64,000 bases of DNA from Hydrolagus colliei. Its lineage: Eukaryota. A model generated the notes under the pieces. It searched no databases, was not told the origin of the DNA, and saw only the letters and a list, made by a program, of their open reading frames with translations. The stretch is from positions 37,572,001 to 37,636,000 of the forward strand of contig CM068746.1 in NCBI GenBank assembly GCA_035084275.1, written 5' to 3'. Position 1 is the stretch's first letter. Every line of letters begins with the position of its first letter. Below, one piece after another: positions 48,681 through 61,055 of this stretch. The position numbers were made by a program, and so were the translations under genes.

Positions 48681-51600
48681 GTTAAGATAAATGATTTACT
48701 CATTTTAAATAGTTTTTGCTAGAAAAGAAGAAAGCTGAAATTTGGCTTCTCAGAGAAATCCTAGCTGTGGTTTTAGTTCTCAGCATTCAGCGCTGGTGAA
48801 AAAGAAATATTTCACAACCGGGATAAGATCCATTTGCTTTTGCATAATTAAATTAAAATATTTCATTAACTATATTCACTGATTCACAGGAGCAAACCAT
48901 GGAAAGAAAATTGCCAATACTTAAAATGGAGGTCCAGATATTAAATTTAATGTGACAGATGGAGGAGAAATAATTACTTTATCTGCAACACCTCATGTGC
49001 AAATGAGCAAGCAAATCTAACAAACAATTTGGTCTGTCAACAGCTAATCGGATTCATTAATTACTGATCATCACACCAGAATATGAAAGGATTCAATCTT
49101 GCTGGTCTCTTGGATACCATATTGTAATAAAATGAACTCACTAAAGACAAATCAATGCTCGGAAGATGATTTCTCTTATGCTTGGCTAAGATAATGCTTG
49201 AATGCAAGCAAAGCCATAACACTCATTAACAAATTGAGGCAGACTGCTGAGTTCATGAATATTTGTAATAATGATAATTTGCCCTTGAATCTCAACAAAA
49301 GACTTAAACTCCCTTCATAAAATGTATAATATGCAATCGCTGCCAAGACTTAGAAATTACTCCAGCACTGTGCCTGATTCAGAACTTCTCAATCAAACAA
49401 AAGCCTTGTGGCTCCCTCTACAGCAAGTACAAGTCTATACATCATATGAAAGACATTTGCGTCATTCAACAGAAATAACTAAAAAGAGGAGAAAACAATC
49501 CATTATCTTGACGTTGTTAACTGACAATTGCTATTATATTGAAACCCCAACAGGAAACTCTAAAAGGGCACATGGGGAAACGGCAGGAAAATGGGATTGA
49601 AAGGATTTCTCTTCAAAGAGCTAGCACAGACTCGATGAGCCAAGTAGCCATCTTCTGTAAATTATCAAGTACCCAATCGCGGCCCCAATTATGGCAGCTA
49701 GCTTAGCTGAACCTGCCATCCCTTCTTGCTCATTACTGTACCAGACAGTACCTATTTAGATATCATAGTGTCATGGAATATTATGTTTTAAATTTTACAA
49801 TAATTATTCAGAGTTCATTAAAAAAACACATTTAGCTACGTGAAAATAAAATAATTCCACTAAGGAGGGCTAAGTAAATGCTAGATATTGTTGATAATTT
49901 ACAAAAATAGCTCAACTGCAGGTTGATGCATTGTGAAGTTTCCTTCTTTTAGAGTATCCCTTTAAAAATCTTCAACAGACAATGTCCTTCAGATCATTCT
50001 AAAGACATTTCTATGAAGCAAAGACATTTCAGCACAAGTGATCCTAAAATCCAATGACAAGTTCAAAGGCACCGGGGTACAGTCATAATGATTCATCAGT
50101 TACACAATCGCTTCATTTACCATCTCACAGCAACTGACATCACTGTTAGGCAACAGACATAGCTCTAAAAAGATTCATTCCTTACTGTTAGCAATATAAA
50201 ACATCAGTCACTATGGTGTAAGAAAAATTCTTCAAAACAGGCTTCATTTTGTGGATTGTTTGTACACTTTTTTTCTGTATAAGAATTGCAATAATTTTCT
50301 GTTAAGTGAGCAGCTTTTGTGATTGACATGGCTTTTTAAAAAAAACATAAAACTGTTCATCTTTTTATATTACAGCAGGTGAAAGAGAAAATGTAGGTGG
50401 CATATATGTACGAAACACTCAATCTGATACTCAATGATACTCAAGCATGGTGTTGGGTTTCTCCCAGACACACAGCTGACCCAGAGTAGTACTGTCTTTA
50501 GAATACATACTGTATTTGTAAACTAGAATACAGGAATGAGCAGACTTCAGTAGCAGGGCCGAATTAGCAACCTGCATTTTCAAAACCTTTTACAGTACAT
50601 GGCACAAAATGCTATTCTTTGCTATAATTTAAAGTTTTTTCTTAAATAGTTGGGATAATGCAGTTTACCTGACTCCTTAATATAGTCCTACTCACTTATC
50701 TCACTCATTTATGTTGACATCACACAAGTATTGACAAAAAAGTTACACATTAATACTAAACACTATTATGTCTACATCAACATAAACTCTGGCACACTTA
50801 TGATGACAAATTGTTTCGGTCTCTAAAAGCATGCTTTATTACAACTTATGCCAACAATGTACTCGTAAATCACTATTGTTTTACTTACATTACTATTTTG
50901 GTAAATAAGTTACGAAAATGTGTATAAGTAAGGTAACAAAAATACAAGTGAATAAGTGGTTCAGGAACTTTAATTAAATGTAGACCTTTTTTAAAAAAAA
51001 TCAATAAAGATAAATGGTACAGGAATATTTATCACAGAATACCTGTTGTCAGCTTGTGACCGGCTATATTGACAAACCGACCATGTTCACAAAACTCGAC
51101 TGGTCCCGATGTAAGTGAGTAAGACTGTAGAACTACACTGCAGCCCTATAGGCACAATGTAGTGTAGTTAGTGTACACTACATTACAATGTAGTATTACA
51201 GTGTATACTACACTGTAATGTAGTTCACAATGTAGTGAACCCATCACTGGGTCCTCTGGGCACCTCCCTTAAGCCAACCAATGCTGTAACACAGCACATT
51301 ACAGCAGAGCTGAACTGTATGTGACAAACAATTTCAAGACATTGTAGACTTGATAAAGGAGATAAATTTTAAGCTTCCCATTATTAAATATAGTTTTATT
51401 CCAAAAGCTTGAATCTAAGAATATAAAAGGTCAAGTTGGCATTGCTTCTTTGGTAAGCCTTTGTAAATAAACCTATATATAAAGACGCTTCAGGAGGTGA
51501 TTAAAATCAACTGATAGCAGGCCATAATTTTTTCTCTTTGCTCCCCCTGCTTACCTCGTCCAAAGGGAAAAACCTTTATACAATACAGTGTCATACAATT

Positions 51601-51711
51601 TTCAAGGATACTTTAGATCATCTAGATAAAGCAAATTATATCTATTGAATTGTCAAGACATTTGAAGTCTTACATTCAGTAAAGATAAATGTTGTAAAAA
51701 AATCTTGAATA

Positions 51712-52010
51712 TAATAATAATCCTTGCATTTAATATAGCGCTTTTCACATCTTCTAGATGTATCAAAACACTTCACATTATATACTGTAAAGTGAATTGA
51801 CTGTATATGTATGGGCAAAATCCAGCAATCAATTGTGCACAGCAGTGACTCACAGTCGTGGATTGAAATGACCAAATTATTATTGTTTTTTTTCTTCAGG
51901 AATTGTTAGAGTAAGGAAATTTACCCAAGGTTTTGCCCTGCCAGGAATCGAACCCAGGTCTCTCGCTTGCAAGGTAAGTCTCAAGGTAAGTCACTGAGTT
52001 ACAGGACACT
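51712..52010 (-). mobile_element. SINE family A, near full length
   Basis: B box ctgggttcgattcctgg and intact tail gtgaaaagcgctatattaaatgcaaggattattatt. Confidence 0.9.
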
Positions 52011-52271
52011 ACAACTGGTCTACACATCCTGACAATATTAAACAGACACATTTTATGATGCTCAAGTGAAATCAGAAATAGATGTACTAGAAAATAACTG
52101 CATTACCTGTACTTTAATGGAATGCATTGAGGAGCCAGATCAACAACCCACCTAGCTCAGGAAGTGGACTACCGATTTTTACATTCCTTTACCATGCATG
52201 TTACCTTAAAACCAGTTCAGTACCAAGGAGAGCCATCTTACCTTCCACTGTGCCCCCAAAAAAAGAAAGTC

Positions 52272-52650
52272 ACTACTACAACAACAACCTTGATTTCTAT
52301 AGCGCCCTCCACGCCGGACGGCGTCTCAGAGTGCTTCACAACAACGGATCCCGGGACCGAGCCAGGGGGAGGGGTAGAAAGGTGACCAAAGGCGCGGTCG
52401 AAGACAATGGTCTTTAGCTGGGACCTGAAACTGGGAAGAGAGGGGGCAAAGCAAAGGGAGTGAGGAAGGGAATTCCACAGCCTCAGGGAGTAGTGACTGA
52501 AAGCACAGTCGCCGAGGGTGGAGAGGAGGATTCGGGGGACATGGAGGAGGCCAGACCCGGTGGAGCGAAGACAACGGATCCTGGTTTGAGAAGAGAGGAG
52601 GTCGTAGAGGTAGGGGGGGGGGAGGGGGGGGGGAGAGTGGAAGGAAGACA
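52272..52650 (-). mobile_element. L2 family-2 3' end (5'-truncated)
   Basis: CLRSTGSGLLHVPRILLSTLGDCAFSHYSLRLWNSLPHSL...SFRSQLKT. Paralogous to 14293-14640. Confidence 0.88.
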
Positions 52651-54664
52651 AGGGTGAGTTTTGACTAGTTTTGACATCTGACAAGTATGTGTTTCAGCCC
52701 TCACTGGGTAGGTGGCAGGTACCAAGAATTCCCTGCAAGATTCATAATGGGCAACACAGCTCAACCTGAAATTCCTAAATAGTCAAAATATCCAACTCTT
52801 GTCACCCTTTCAAAATTCAGCTAAAAATGGTTACAAGCCTTTAAATGGTTATAATGTTTAGGAAGTCTGTTTACAGTGATTACAGTACTAAAAATGGCAA
52901 TGTATACATAATATTACCTTGGAGTCTGTAAGCATCCTGAAAATAACAAACATACTGTACATGTTTTTGATGAATAAATAAAATGACATCACTATAGCAT
53001 TTTTCCATTATTACATAGTAACTACAGGGTGTCTAAATGATTCTGCTTATCCCCTGCCTGATACCAATAGCTAAACATTTAATGGGCTATCAACACCATT
53101 GATGGTGAAAAACAACACAAACTCATATCAATTCACTGTGCCAAAGTGCTCGTCCCACTGCTCCCACAACAGGAGAGAAGGCAATGCAGTTGTGCGGTTG
53201 TTTTGGCCCACAGTTCACGTATTCACTCACATCACAAGGCCTTTAAGTATTGTAATATTGGTTGACTGCTGAAAGGTCAAGGTCAGCATTCTGCCAAAGG
53301 ATGTAATACTTCAGCTGCCAGGGTATTTGCAACTAATGAAATCACGACAAACACCAATAGTTTAATTCACTTTTAACCTTCCAGAATTTGCGAATAATTG
53401 AAATCATCAATTGTGGATCACAAAACACAGGCAATGCTATTGAAAACGCAAAGCTACAATGTAAGTTGTCTAAATCTAGGACATTGAGCAGAGAATGTGT
53501 TTTCCAACCATTTATGTAACCACTGTATTTCCTGTGAACCTCTCTGATCCTGAAGCATAAAATTAATGTAGAATGTTAAATTACTTTTCCAGCTTACCCA
53601 ATAATTCACGAATATACTGCTGATTCATTCTCTAGCTCACCATGAATGTCCTGTAGCCAACAGTACTTCATCCTATTATTGAACTAAAAACTGCACCTCT
53701 TCCAAATTTAAATGGATACAGTGCACACATTTCACATGGCCATCATTGAGCTTTACAAATCCTAGCAGCAATAATTAATCATTACGGCTTTTTAAAATTG
53801 GAAATATGCCAATTCATTATTTCATGTAAAAGCACCAAGTTACCAGCCAACATTGAAAACAAGCTCACTTATTTTCTTCTGGGAGTATTTTCCTCCTCCA
53901 TTCTAACCTCCAGCCCTCATAGAAGAAGTACAGTACAAAGCTTTAAACCAAAAGGTCTAGTGTTCCCATATTAACTCGTTTTTGTCTCAATCACACACAC
54001 AAGGTATATTTTCAAAAATAGATTGAACATTTTAATGTAGAATTGTTAGCATTGTGGATTAACAACAAAGTTGATCAATAATTTATTTTATTAAATGTGG
54101 GCTGCCCCCTTACCTCTGCCAAAGAAGCAGACAGATAATGATTTTCCACTATACTATCCTTGCAAACTGCAGAGGAAAGCTCCATTGTGGCTTACGTCAA
54201 CAATTGAGCAGAAAGGTGAGGTGGTCTGGAGGGGAGAGAACGAATCTCTGATTGATAAATCTGTATGTTGATGCCAACGCACTGTGCCCCAACAATTTCT
54301 AAACGCAATATCGCACATTCATCATCAGCTTCTAACAACCCTTCTCAAACTTACAGGAACATTTTTGACACTATAAAAATAGAACTGAAATTCAAACCAG
54401 GTATCCAAGTTTCTATTTAAATCGTTGGGACAGTGTAGTATAGTAATAGCCGTCGCCAAATGCAAATAAAAAACACTTTGGTTTATTCTATTTCCATTGG
54501 CCAAATAATACACCGCCCAAATATGCTTTTGGTTTGTTTAACAACAATCCAATCCCATAGAAAAAGTCACGTGTGCTCTTTCTCAAAGCTAGCCAAGAAT
54601 ATTCTCCTTATAATAGTGTCAGAAGTAAATCTGAAACAAGCCAGCTGTTGTCAAAACTTTTGCA

Positions 54665-55010
54665 CAACAACAACAATTTACATTTATATAGCGCCTTTCA
54701 CGTCGGGAGGACGTCCCAAGGCGCTAAACAAGAGGCGTGTGACCCGAGCTGGGAGGGGAGTGTTTGGGAAGGGGTGAAACACGAAGGGGAGGTAAAAGAG
54801 TTCGGGGTGGAACAAAAGGCACGATCGAAGAGGAAAGTCTTCAAATCGGCCTTGAAAGAGGAAAGGGAAGAGGCGAAACGGAGGGATTGAGGGATGGCAT
54901 TCCATAAGGTGGGAGCGGAGAAACTGAAGGCCCGGCCTCCGATGGTGGGGCGGTTCGGGCGGGGGGCTTGGAGCAGGCCAAGTCCTGTTGAACGGAGGGT
55001 CCGGGTGGAC
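54665..55010 (-). mobile_element. Young L2 family-1 3' end
   Basis: RTLRSTGLGLLQAPRPNRPTIGGRAFSFSAPTLWNAIPQSLR...LKTFLFDRAF. CpGs retained; close match to 63225-63502. Confidence 0.92.
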
Positions 55011-57639
55011 CTACTGCATCTGGTCAAGCAACCCTCAAACACCATATAATATATGCAGCACTTCAAAAGAACCGTCAAAGTAAAATAATTCAAATATTAG
55101 GTGTTGCTTTGATACTAATATTTAACCACATTGAAAGATTGATTCATGTGAAATGTACTCTTGTAACTGCAAGCTATTGTTATATATTATCTCTAAAATA
55201 AAAAAAGCACCAAAATCTGAAATGATGAACCTATGGCGCCTGGCTGCCAATATAGTACATACTTCTGCCCTGGTTTATTAATTACTTGAATTGACTGCAA
55301 TGACAATAGGTCAAGTTCTTGAGAGATTTTGCATTCTTCTGTGAAAAGAAGGTACTGTGCAGTTTTTATTTCTGTTGTCTATAGTTTCTCTCCCCATTAT
55401 ATCATCAAGTCATCAAGTTTATTAATCGAGTCCTGGCCTCAACCACTCTTTCTAGGAAGATGTTGTCATGGTTGATCACCCTCTATAATAAAATAGTATA
55501 GTAAGAGTATAATAAAATACTAGTATTAGTTTACTAGTATAATAAAATACTTCCTAATATCTGTCCTAAACTAGCTATGCATAATCCTGAAACTCTGTCT
55601 TGCTAACATGGCATATCTGAAAATATTGTTACAGGGGCTATAACCCGTTAAGCATCTTAAAGAACTCTATTAGCTCCACTTTGAGATGTCTCTTTCAAGG
55701 CCGAAGAGCCATAGCTAAAGGAGTCAAAATTAGGCTGAAAGAAGGCATGCAAGAAAAATGTGGGAAATTATTCCTACAGGAAAAAATTATTTCTATTTTA
55801 AAAAGGGCCTGGTATTTGATACAGTGACTTTCACATCAGGAGGACATGTCAAAGCACGCCATAAAGTGTAGTGGCTATATACAGTATACTGTTTTTAAGC
55901 TTGATAGCCAATTTGCACACAGCAATGTCCCACAAACTTCCAATTAAGCCAGGCTGACACCTAATGATTAAAACCAGACTAATTTCAACTCAATGCATCT
56001 AAAAAGAAACCACACCCATAGCAACATGGCCTAGTTAAACTAGGTACAGTAGCAGACATTATTCTCCATGGCAACAGGATTCATTTCTCAAAAGATTTAA
56101 TAGCAATAAAAGTAATTTTAAAACCAATCCTGTCCAACCGTACAATGGTGAGGAAAAGATTGAGAAGAACAGATACTGTATGGAAACACATATTGCAAAA
56201 TCTGTGAATTACAAATCAGCAAAAATAAAAAACACAAGCAGCAGCTGGTTTCTGCATAGGCACAATGAATAGTTCTAAACAACAGAAAGCACACTGGCAC
56301 TGCAGAAACGTCAGTGTGAATCTATCCCACTGACATGCGTTGGCACAGGTTTGATTACAGACACAGAATATATCAGCCAACCAACAACGCAAGGTTTAAA
56401 TTAAACTGAATTTCAAAGGAACCGAGAACAGTGAATCAGACACAGCTTCTGGTTTTTATGAACTTTTTTTTATATATAAAGAGATCTTTATGAAACCATG
56501 CAACAAGTGAACACCAGCTCTTTAAGGACACAAGTAACTGTATTTGTTCATTTTTACATATAAAACCCTCCCTTTTCAAACAATACAATAAAAAGTTCAA
56601 TGGCTCACTGGTGCACCGAGCAGAAATGAAAGTGAAGCAAATGCATAACAGAACATTCTGCAAGTCTTGCCAGCAATCAGGGGGAGAAGCACTAACCACA
56701 AAATAAACCTACTTCCTCTACATGCAGCAAATATCACAAATTGACAGCTACTGAACAAGACAAAAACACTGACATCATTGCTGTACTTCTGACCTTAACG
56801 CTGGAACTTTCGGTTGTGGTGTGATCTGTAATCTGCGTCTTCGGCCACGGGTAAATTTAATGAACGTTTGATTCACTCTCAGCAGCCAGTCAAGCAACTT
56901 CATATTTGTAGACAAGTAGCTATCAGTAGTAGTACTCTATGTTTATCTTCCAAAGAACACGGAATGCTTCACTCCAGTGGAGACTCTATATATAAGCATG
57001 ACTGATGCAAGCTTGTAAGATATCTATATTTACCCAGGGGTCCAATAGTTTCTTGGCAAGAGACAAACAGGAAAAATTACTTCTATTCACCCATCCATCA
57101 TTTCGAGCTGCAGATACTACAGTGCCAAGCTTTAAAAGGCAGGCTGGCAGATTGGCTACATTTTCTCAAAGCAATCAAGACATTAATGAAAATACTTCTC
57201 CACCATGGTCAGAGGAAATATTGAACTATTGCAATTTTGTTTAAAAATCCCACAATTTATACAGAAAGCCCATGGGAAAGGTTAGATGAAGGCAATCGAA
57301 CCAGAAAGCTTGTCACAGACAGGATGTTCTGCTACTTGATTTGTTTATTTTGTCGGATATATATCCTATTGAAGTAGAATTTTGCAGCTATTTTAATACC
57401 AGTTGTGGACAGAATAGGTTGTTGGAAGTCCAGTTTTTCACATCTTCTAGACATCTCAAAGCGCTTCGCTGAATATACAGTAAATTGAATTGAGTGTATA
57501 TTTGTGGATGAACCATGGCAGCCAATTGCACATAGCAGTATCCCACAAACAGTCGTGGATTTAAATGACCAATTAAGTATTATCATCATCCATACACAAA
57601 ATGTAATTGATTCAAAACTCCGTCGCCCATATACTCAGC

Positions 57640-58045
57640 TGCACAAAACTCTGAACCCCCATCACACCAGTCCTTGCCAGGTTGCACTGGCTTCCAATTA
57701 TCGAACGGATCAGTTTCGAGATGCTCTAACTCGTTTTTAAATCCCTTCATACCCTCGCATTTCCCTACCAATCCTATCTGCTTACCCCCCACTCCACCAC
57801 ACGCTGCTTCCGCTCGGCTGGCTCCAGCCTCCTGTTGTCCCTCGTCACCTACGCTCCACCATCTGTGGCTGTGCCTTCAGCTAATTCAGCCCCAAACTCT
57901 GGAACTCTCTCCCTCCACCTTGCCCCCTCCCACCCCACTTTCAAATCCCACCTAAATACCTTCCTTTTTGATTCTGTTCACCTCCCTCTGGCTCGGTGTC
58001 AAGACTCCGCCACTGACAAGCACTCAAGGATGCTACACCACATAA
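57640..58045 (+). mobile_element. Old L2 3' region
   Basis: catcacaccagtccttgccaggttgcactggcttccaatt (HITPVLARLHWLPI) and ctctggaactctctccctc. Confidence 0.78.
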
Positions 58046-58059
58046 CGGGTGTTGATATA

Positions 58060-58135
58060 TATTATCAGGCATTGACCAGTTGGGCTGAATAGCCTGTTTC
58101 TGGCTGTATATTCTTCGTAATTCTATATAATTCCC
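58060..58135 (+). mobile_element. CR1 3' UTR stub
   Basis: gaccagttgggctgaatagcctgtttctggctgtatattcttcgtaattctat, CR1-type terminal hairpin and tail. Confidence 0.6.
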
Positions 58136-59190
58136 TCCGATTTTGCCCAATTGCTGGTCTTCAGCTAATATATTGACTAAAGAACAATCCATCACCAGTT
58201 CTCTCACTATAAACAGTAATCTTTCGCCAGTGAGTGTTAGGAGACAATTCAACTATGAAGATGTCACAACTTAAACTTTCACCAAAAGATCAATGAATAG
58301 AAATCAACAGGTAATTCTTCTTTCTGGCACTCTCACGAGTGCCAGAAAGAGTGAGTGGGGAAAGGAGAGAAAGAAAGAGAGAGAGAGTGTTACAGAGAGG
58401 AAAAGAGAGAGGAAGAATCAGAGCAAAACAGATCAAGAGTGGCAAGCACAAGGGTGTCAGAGAAAGACAAAGGGATAGGAGGAGGGCATCGGGCGGTAAC
58501 ACAGTGTGGAATGTGCGGTGCGAGCTTAGAGAGGGAGGGAGGGAGGGAGGGAGGGAGGTGGGTCGGTGAACCACAAAAGCTGTGAAGGAGGGAGGCCGTA
58601 GGCTGTCAGGGAGGGATGGAGGAAAGTGAGGCACAAACATGAATGGGAGATGAGAGGGCAGCATGAGCACAAGCAGTGAGCAGCAGATACTAACCAGTGC
58701 AAACAGCAGGCACTAGTTATTGCTTTGATTTGTGTTTCCCCCAACCAATGCATGTTGCACGTTATTACCACTGTGTTTCATAACAGTTCTTTAGATAATT
58801 TAATCACATACCAATGGTGACAAGTTCATTTTGATTTAATTAATTTTCTCATGTTTTGGTACCTACAGGATTGCACAACTCACACCCATCTAGAGATTGC
58901 ATAATGGCTTAAATATAATAATAATCCTTGCATTTAATCCTTGATGTTGCACTTTATTATGTCTTCAAGACGTCTCAAAGTGCTTCATAAAATCTACTGT
59001 AAAGTGACTTGACTATATTTTGTTACTAAATGTTCTAAAAAGCATCGACAGTTCACACAAATAATAATTTATATTATATACATTTTAATAAAGCCAAATA
59101 CTGAACTAGCTTTTAGACCTTGCATCTTTTTGTACTGTATGCATTACAATAACCTAGTTCTGGAGCAATTTTAATTAAAAAACACTGTGC

Positions 59191-59208
59191 AGCACCACCT
59201 AGTGGCAC
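59191..59208 (-). promoter_or_regulatory. Candidate CTCF binding site
   Basis: Minus strand GTGCCACTAGGTGGTGCT matches the core CCASYAGRKGGCRS at all but one position, in non-repeat AT-rich DNA. Confidence 0.55.
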
Positions 59209-60809
59209 ATCTAGAACAATATATTCAAGCGTAAGCCTTCCAGCGTCTCTGCATAAGCAATATCTTTGTGTTTCTCGTTGTAGAAACATAACCAGTAAAA
59301 ATCATATAGAAATTCTTATGTTTTAAATCGGGTAACTGAAATTATTCAATTTCATATTATTTTAGTTAGGGCAAACTTTAAATACATAAAATGAAAATTC
59401 ACACAAATTTTAAAACAATACAGCCAGCGACAGGTCGCTGTCTCTTGTGTCTCTGTGTGCATTTCTTGCTTTCTCTACATCTCTCTCCCCGAATCTGTGT
59501 GTATCTCTCCTTTTCTGTGTTTCTGTATGTTTCTCATTTTTTCTTGATTGAATATTTCTTGATTTATGGCATCAATCTATTATTTTGTTATTTCTATTTT
59601 ATTAAAAAAAGGTTGGCCAACAATGCTCTGTAAGATGAAAATAAAAGATCAGACATAGCCATAAAAAGTAACTCATAACTGCAGAAAATACATCGAAAGT
59701 GATGAAATGACACGAACAAGTGAGCTGAAATCTAATGGCAATATTTATGAATGGTTTACTAATCAATTGAGGGAGGGGAAACTTTTACTATCATGTTTCC
59801 TTTCAGACAAACAACTTGTCAGCTGGGAAACGTCCCTTTCCCTCAGGTACAGAAGTTTCCTTCTTGGCGAGGCTCAGCTACAAAAGCCTCCCTCTTTCTC
59901 TCTCTCTCTCTCGACTACCAAGGAGAAACATAAGAGCTAATATACCCATGCTAATTCAACAGAGACATTGTAAAGTGTATTTTGATTGCTGCAACAGTTT
60001 ATATTCATATAGCTCCTTGCAGGATGGGCAGAATATCACAAATAGTAATAATAATAATCCTAAATTTGATATAGTGCCTTGTCACGTCTTCGAGATGTCT
60101 CAAAGCACTTCACAGAATATACTGTGTATTTTGTGGGCGAAATGCAGCAGCCAATTGCACACAGCTGTATCCCACAAACAGTTGTGGCTTGAGTGACCAA
60201 AACACTCAAAATTAGTAGCTAGGCAGTTAGGGTATTAGTTCTGGAAAAACATTAAGATTGGACATGTCAAGGAAAACATGTATTGGAATGTTTTACTTTA
60301 ATTATCTCATCTCCCAAATAAATGGTAAAGATTGCCCTTTTTTTTAACTTTAGTTTAACATTTCATTGTTTCAATGAAATTTGGCTAAGAGCTGCCTTTA
60401 CTGGATATTGAAGGCATAAACTAAAAATATGAAACATACTTTACAGTAGGGAAGGAAAAGAATGATTACATACAATTCCACAAAAAAACTCATATCACAA
60501 AATACCTTTCCCAAAATTATGAGTTTTTGAAAGAAAAATTACTGAATTGACAACTGCAAAGTTACAGATGTAAAGGAATGACTAATTTAGCTTTCAGTGT
60601 ATCAAAGCAACACAAGGGAGTGTTTTGTTCCATAGCAAATGAACATGGCTCAGCGCAATCCCCCAGGGTGCACTAAAGCCTTGTAACACAATTTTATTGC
60701 TCACTTTTTTTAAATTGCATGTCACTTACATTTGGAAAGTTCCCTGTTTCTGGAATAAAACATGTACTCTCTCCCTGGTCATATCCTCTATATATGGGGG
60801 GGAGGGGGG

Positions 60810-61055
60810 ATGGAGGCGGTCTGCACTGTTGAGGGTGTTATCCCCCATTGAGGGTGTTGTTCCTCAGATAATAAACTGAGACTCTATCTGCATGTTCAGA
60901 CAGACATTAAAGATTCTATAGCGCAAACAAGTAGGAGGTTCCTCCCGCTGTGCTGGTCAACAATCCACCCAGATAAAAATTGGCTATTTACTTCATGGCT
61001 ATTTGTCGGTCATCACTGTCACAAATTGGCTGCTGGATTCGCCTATGAAATTCAC
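60810..61055 (+). mobile_element. Deu-domain SINE body
   Basis: ataaactgagactctatctgcatgttcagacagacattaaagattctatagcgc...gctggtcaacaatcc. Confidence 0.7.

Noticed and set aside
58290-58670. 126-aa Leu/Ser/Pro-rich ORF
   Set aside because: Low-complexity translation of a CT-rich strand. No domain and no splice support.
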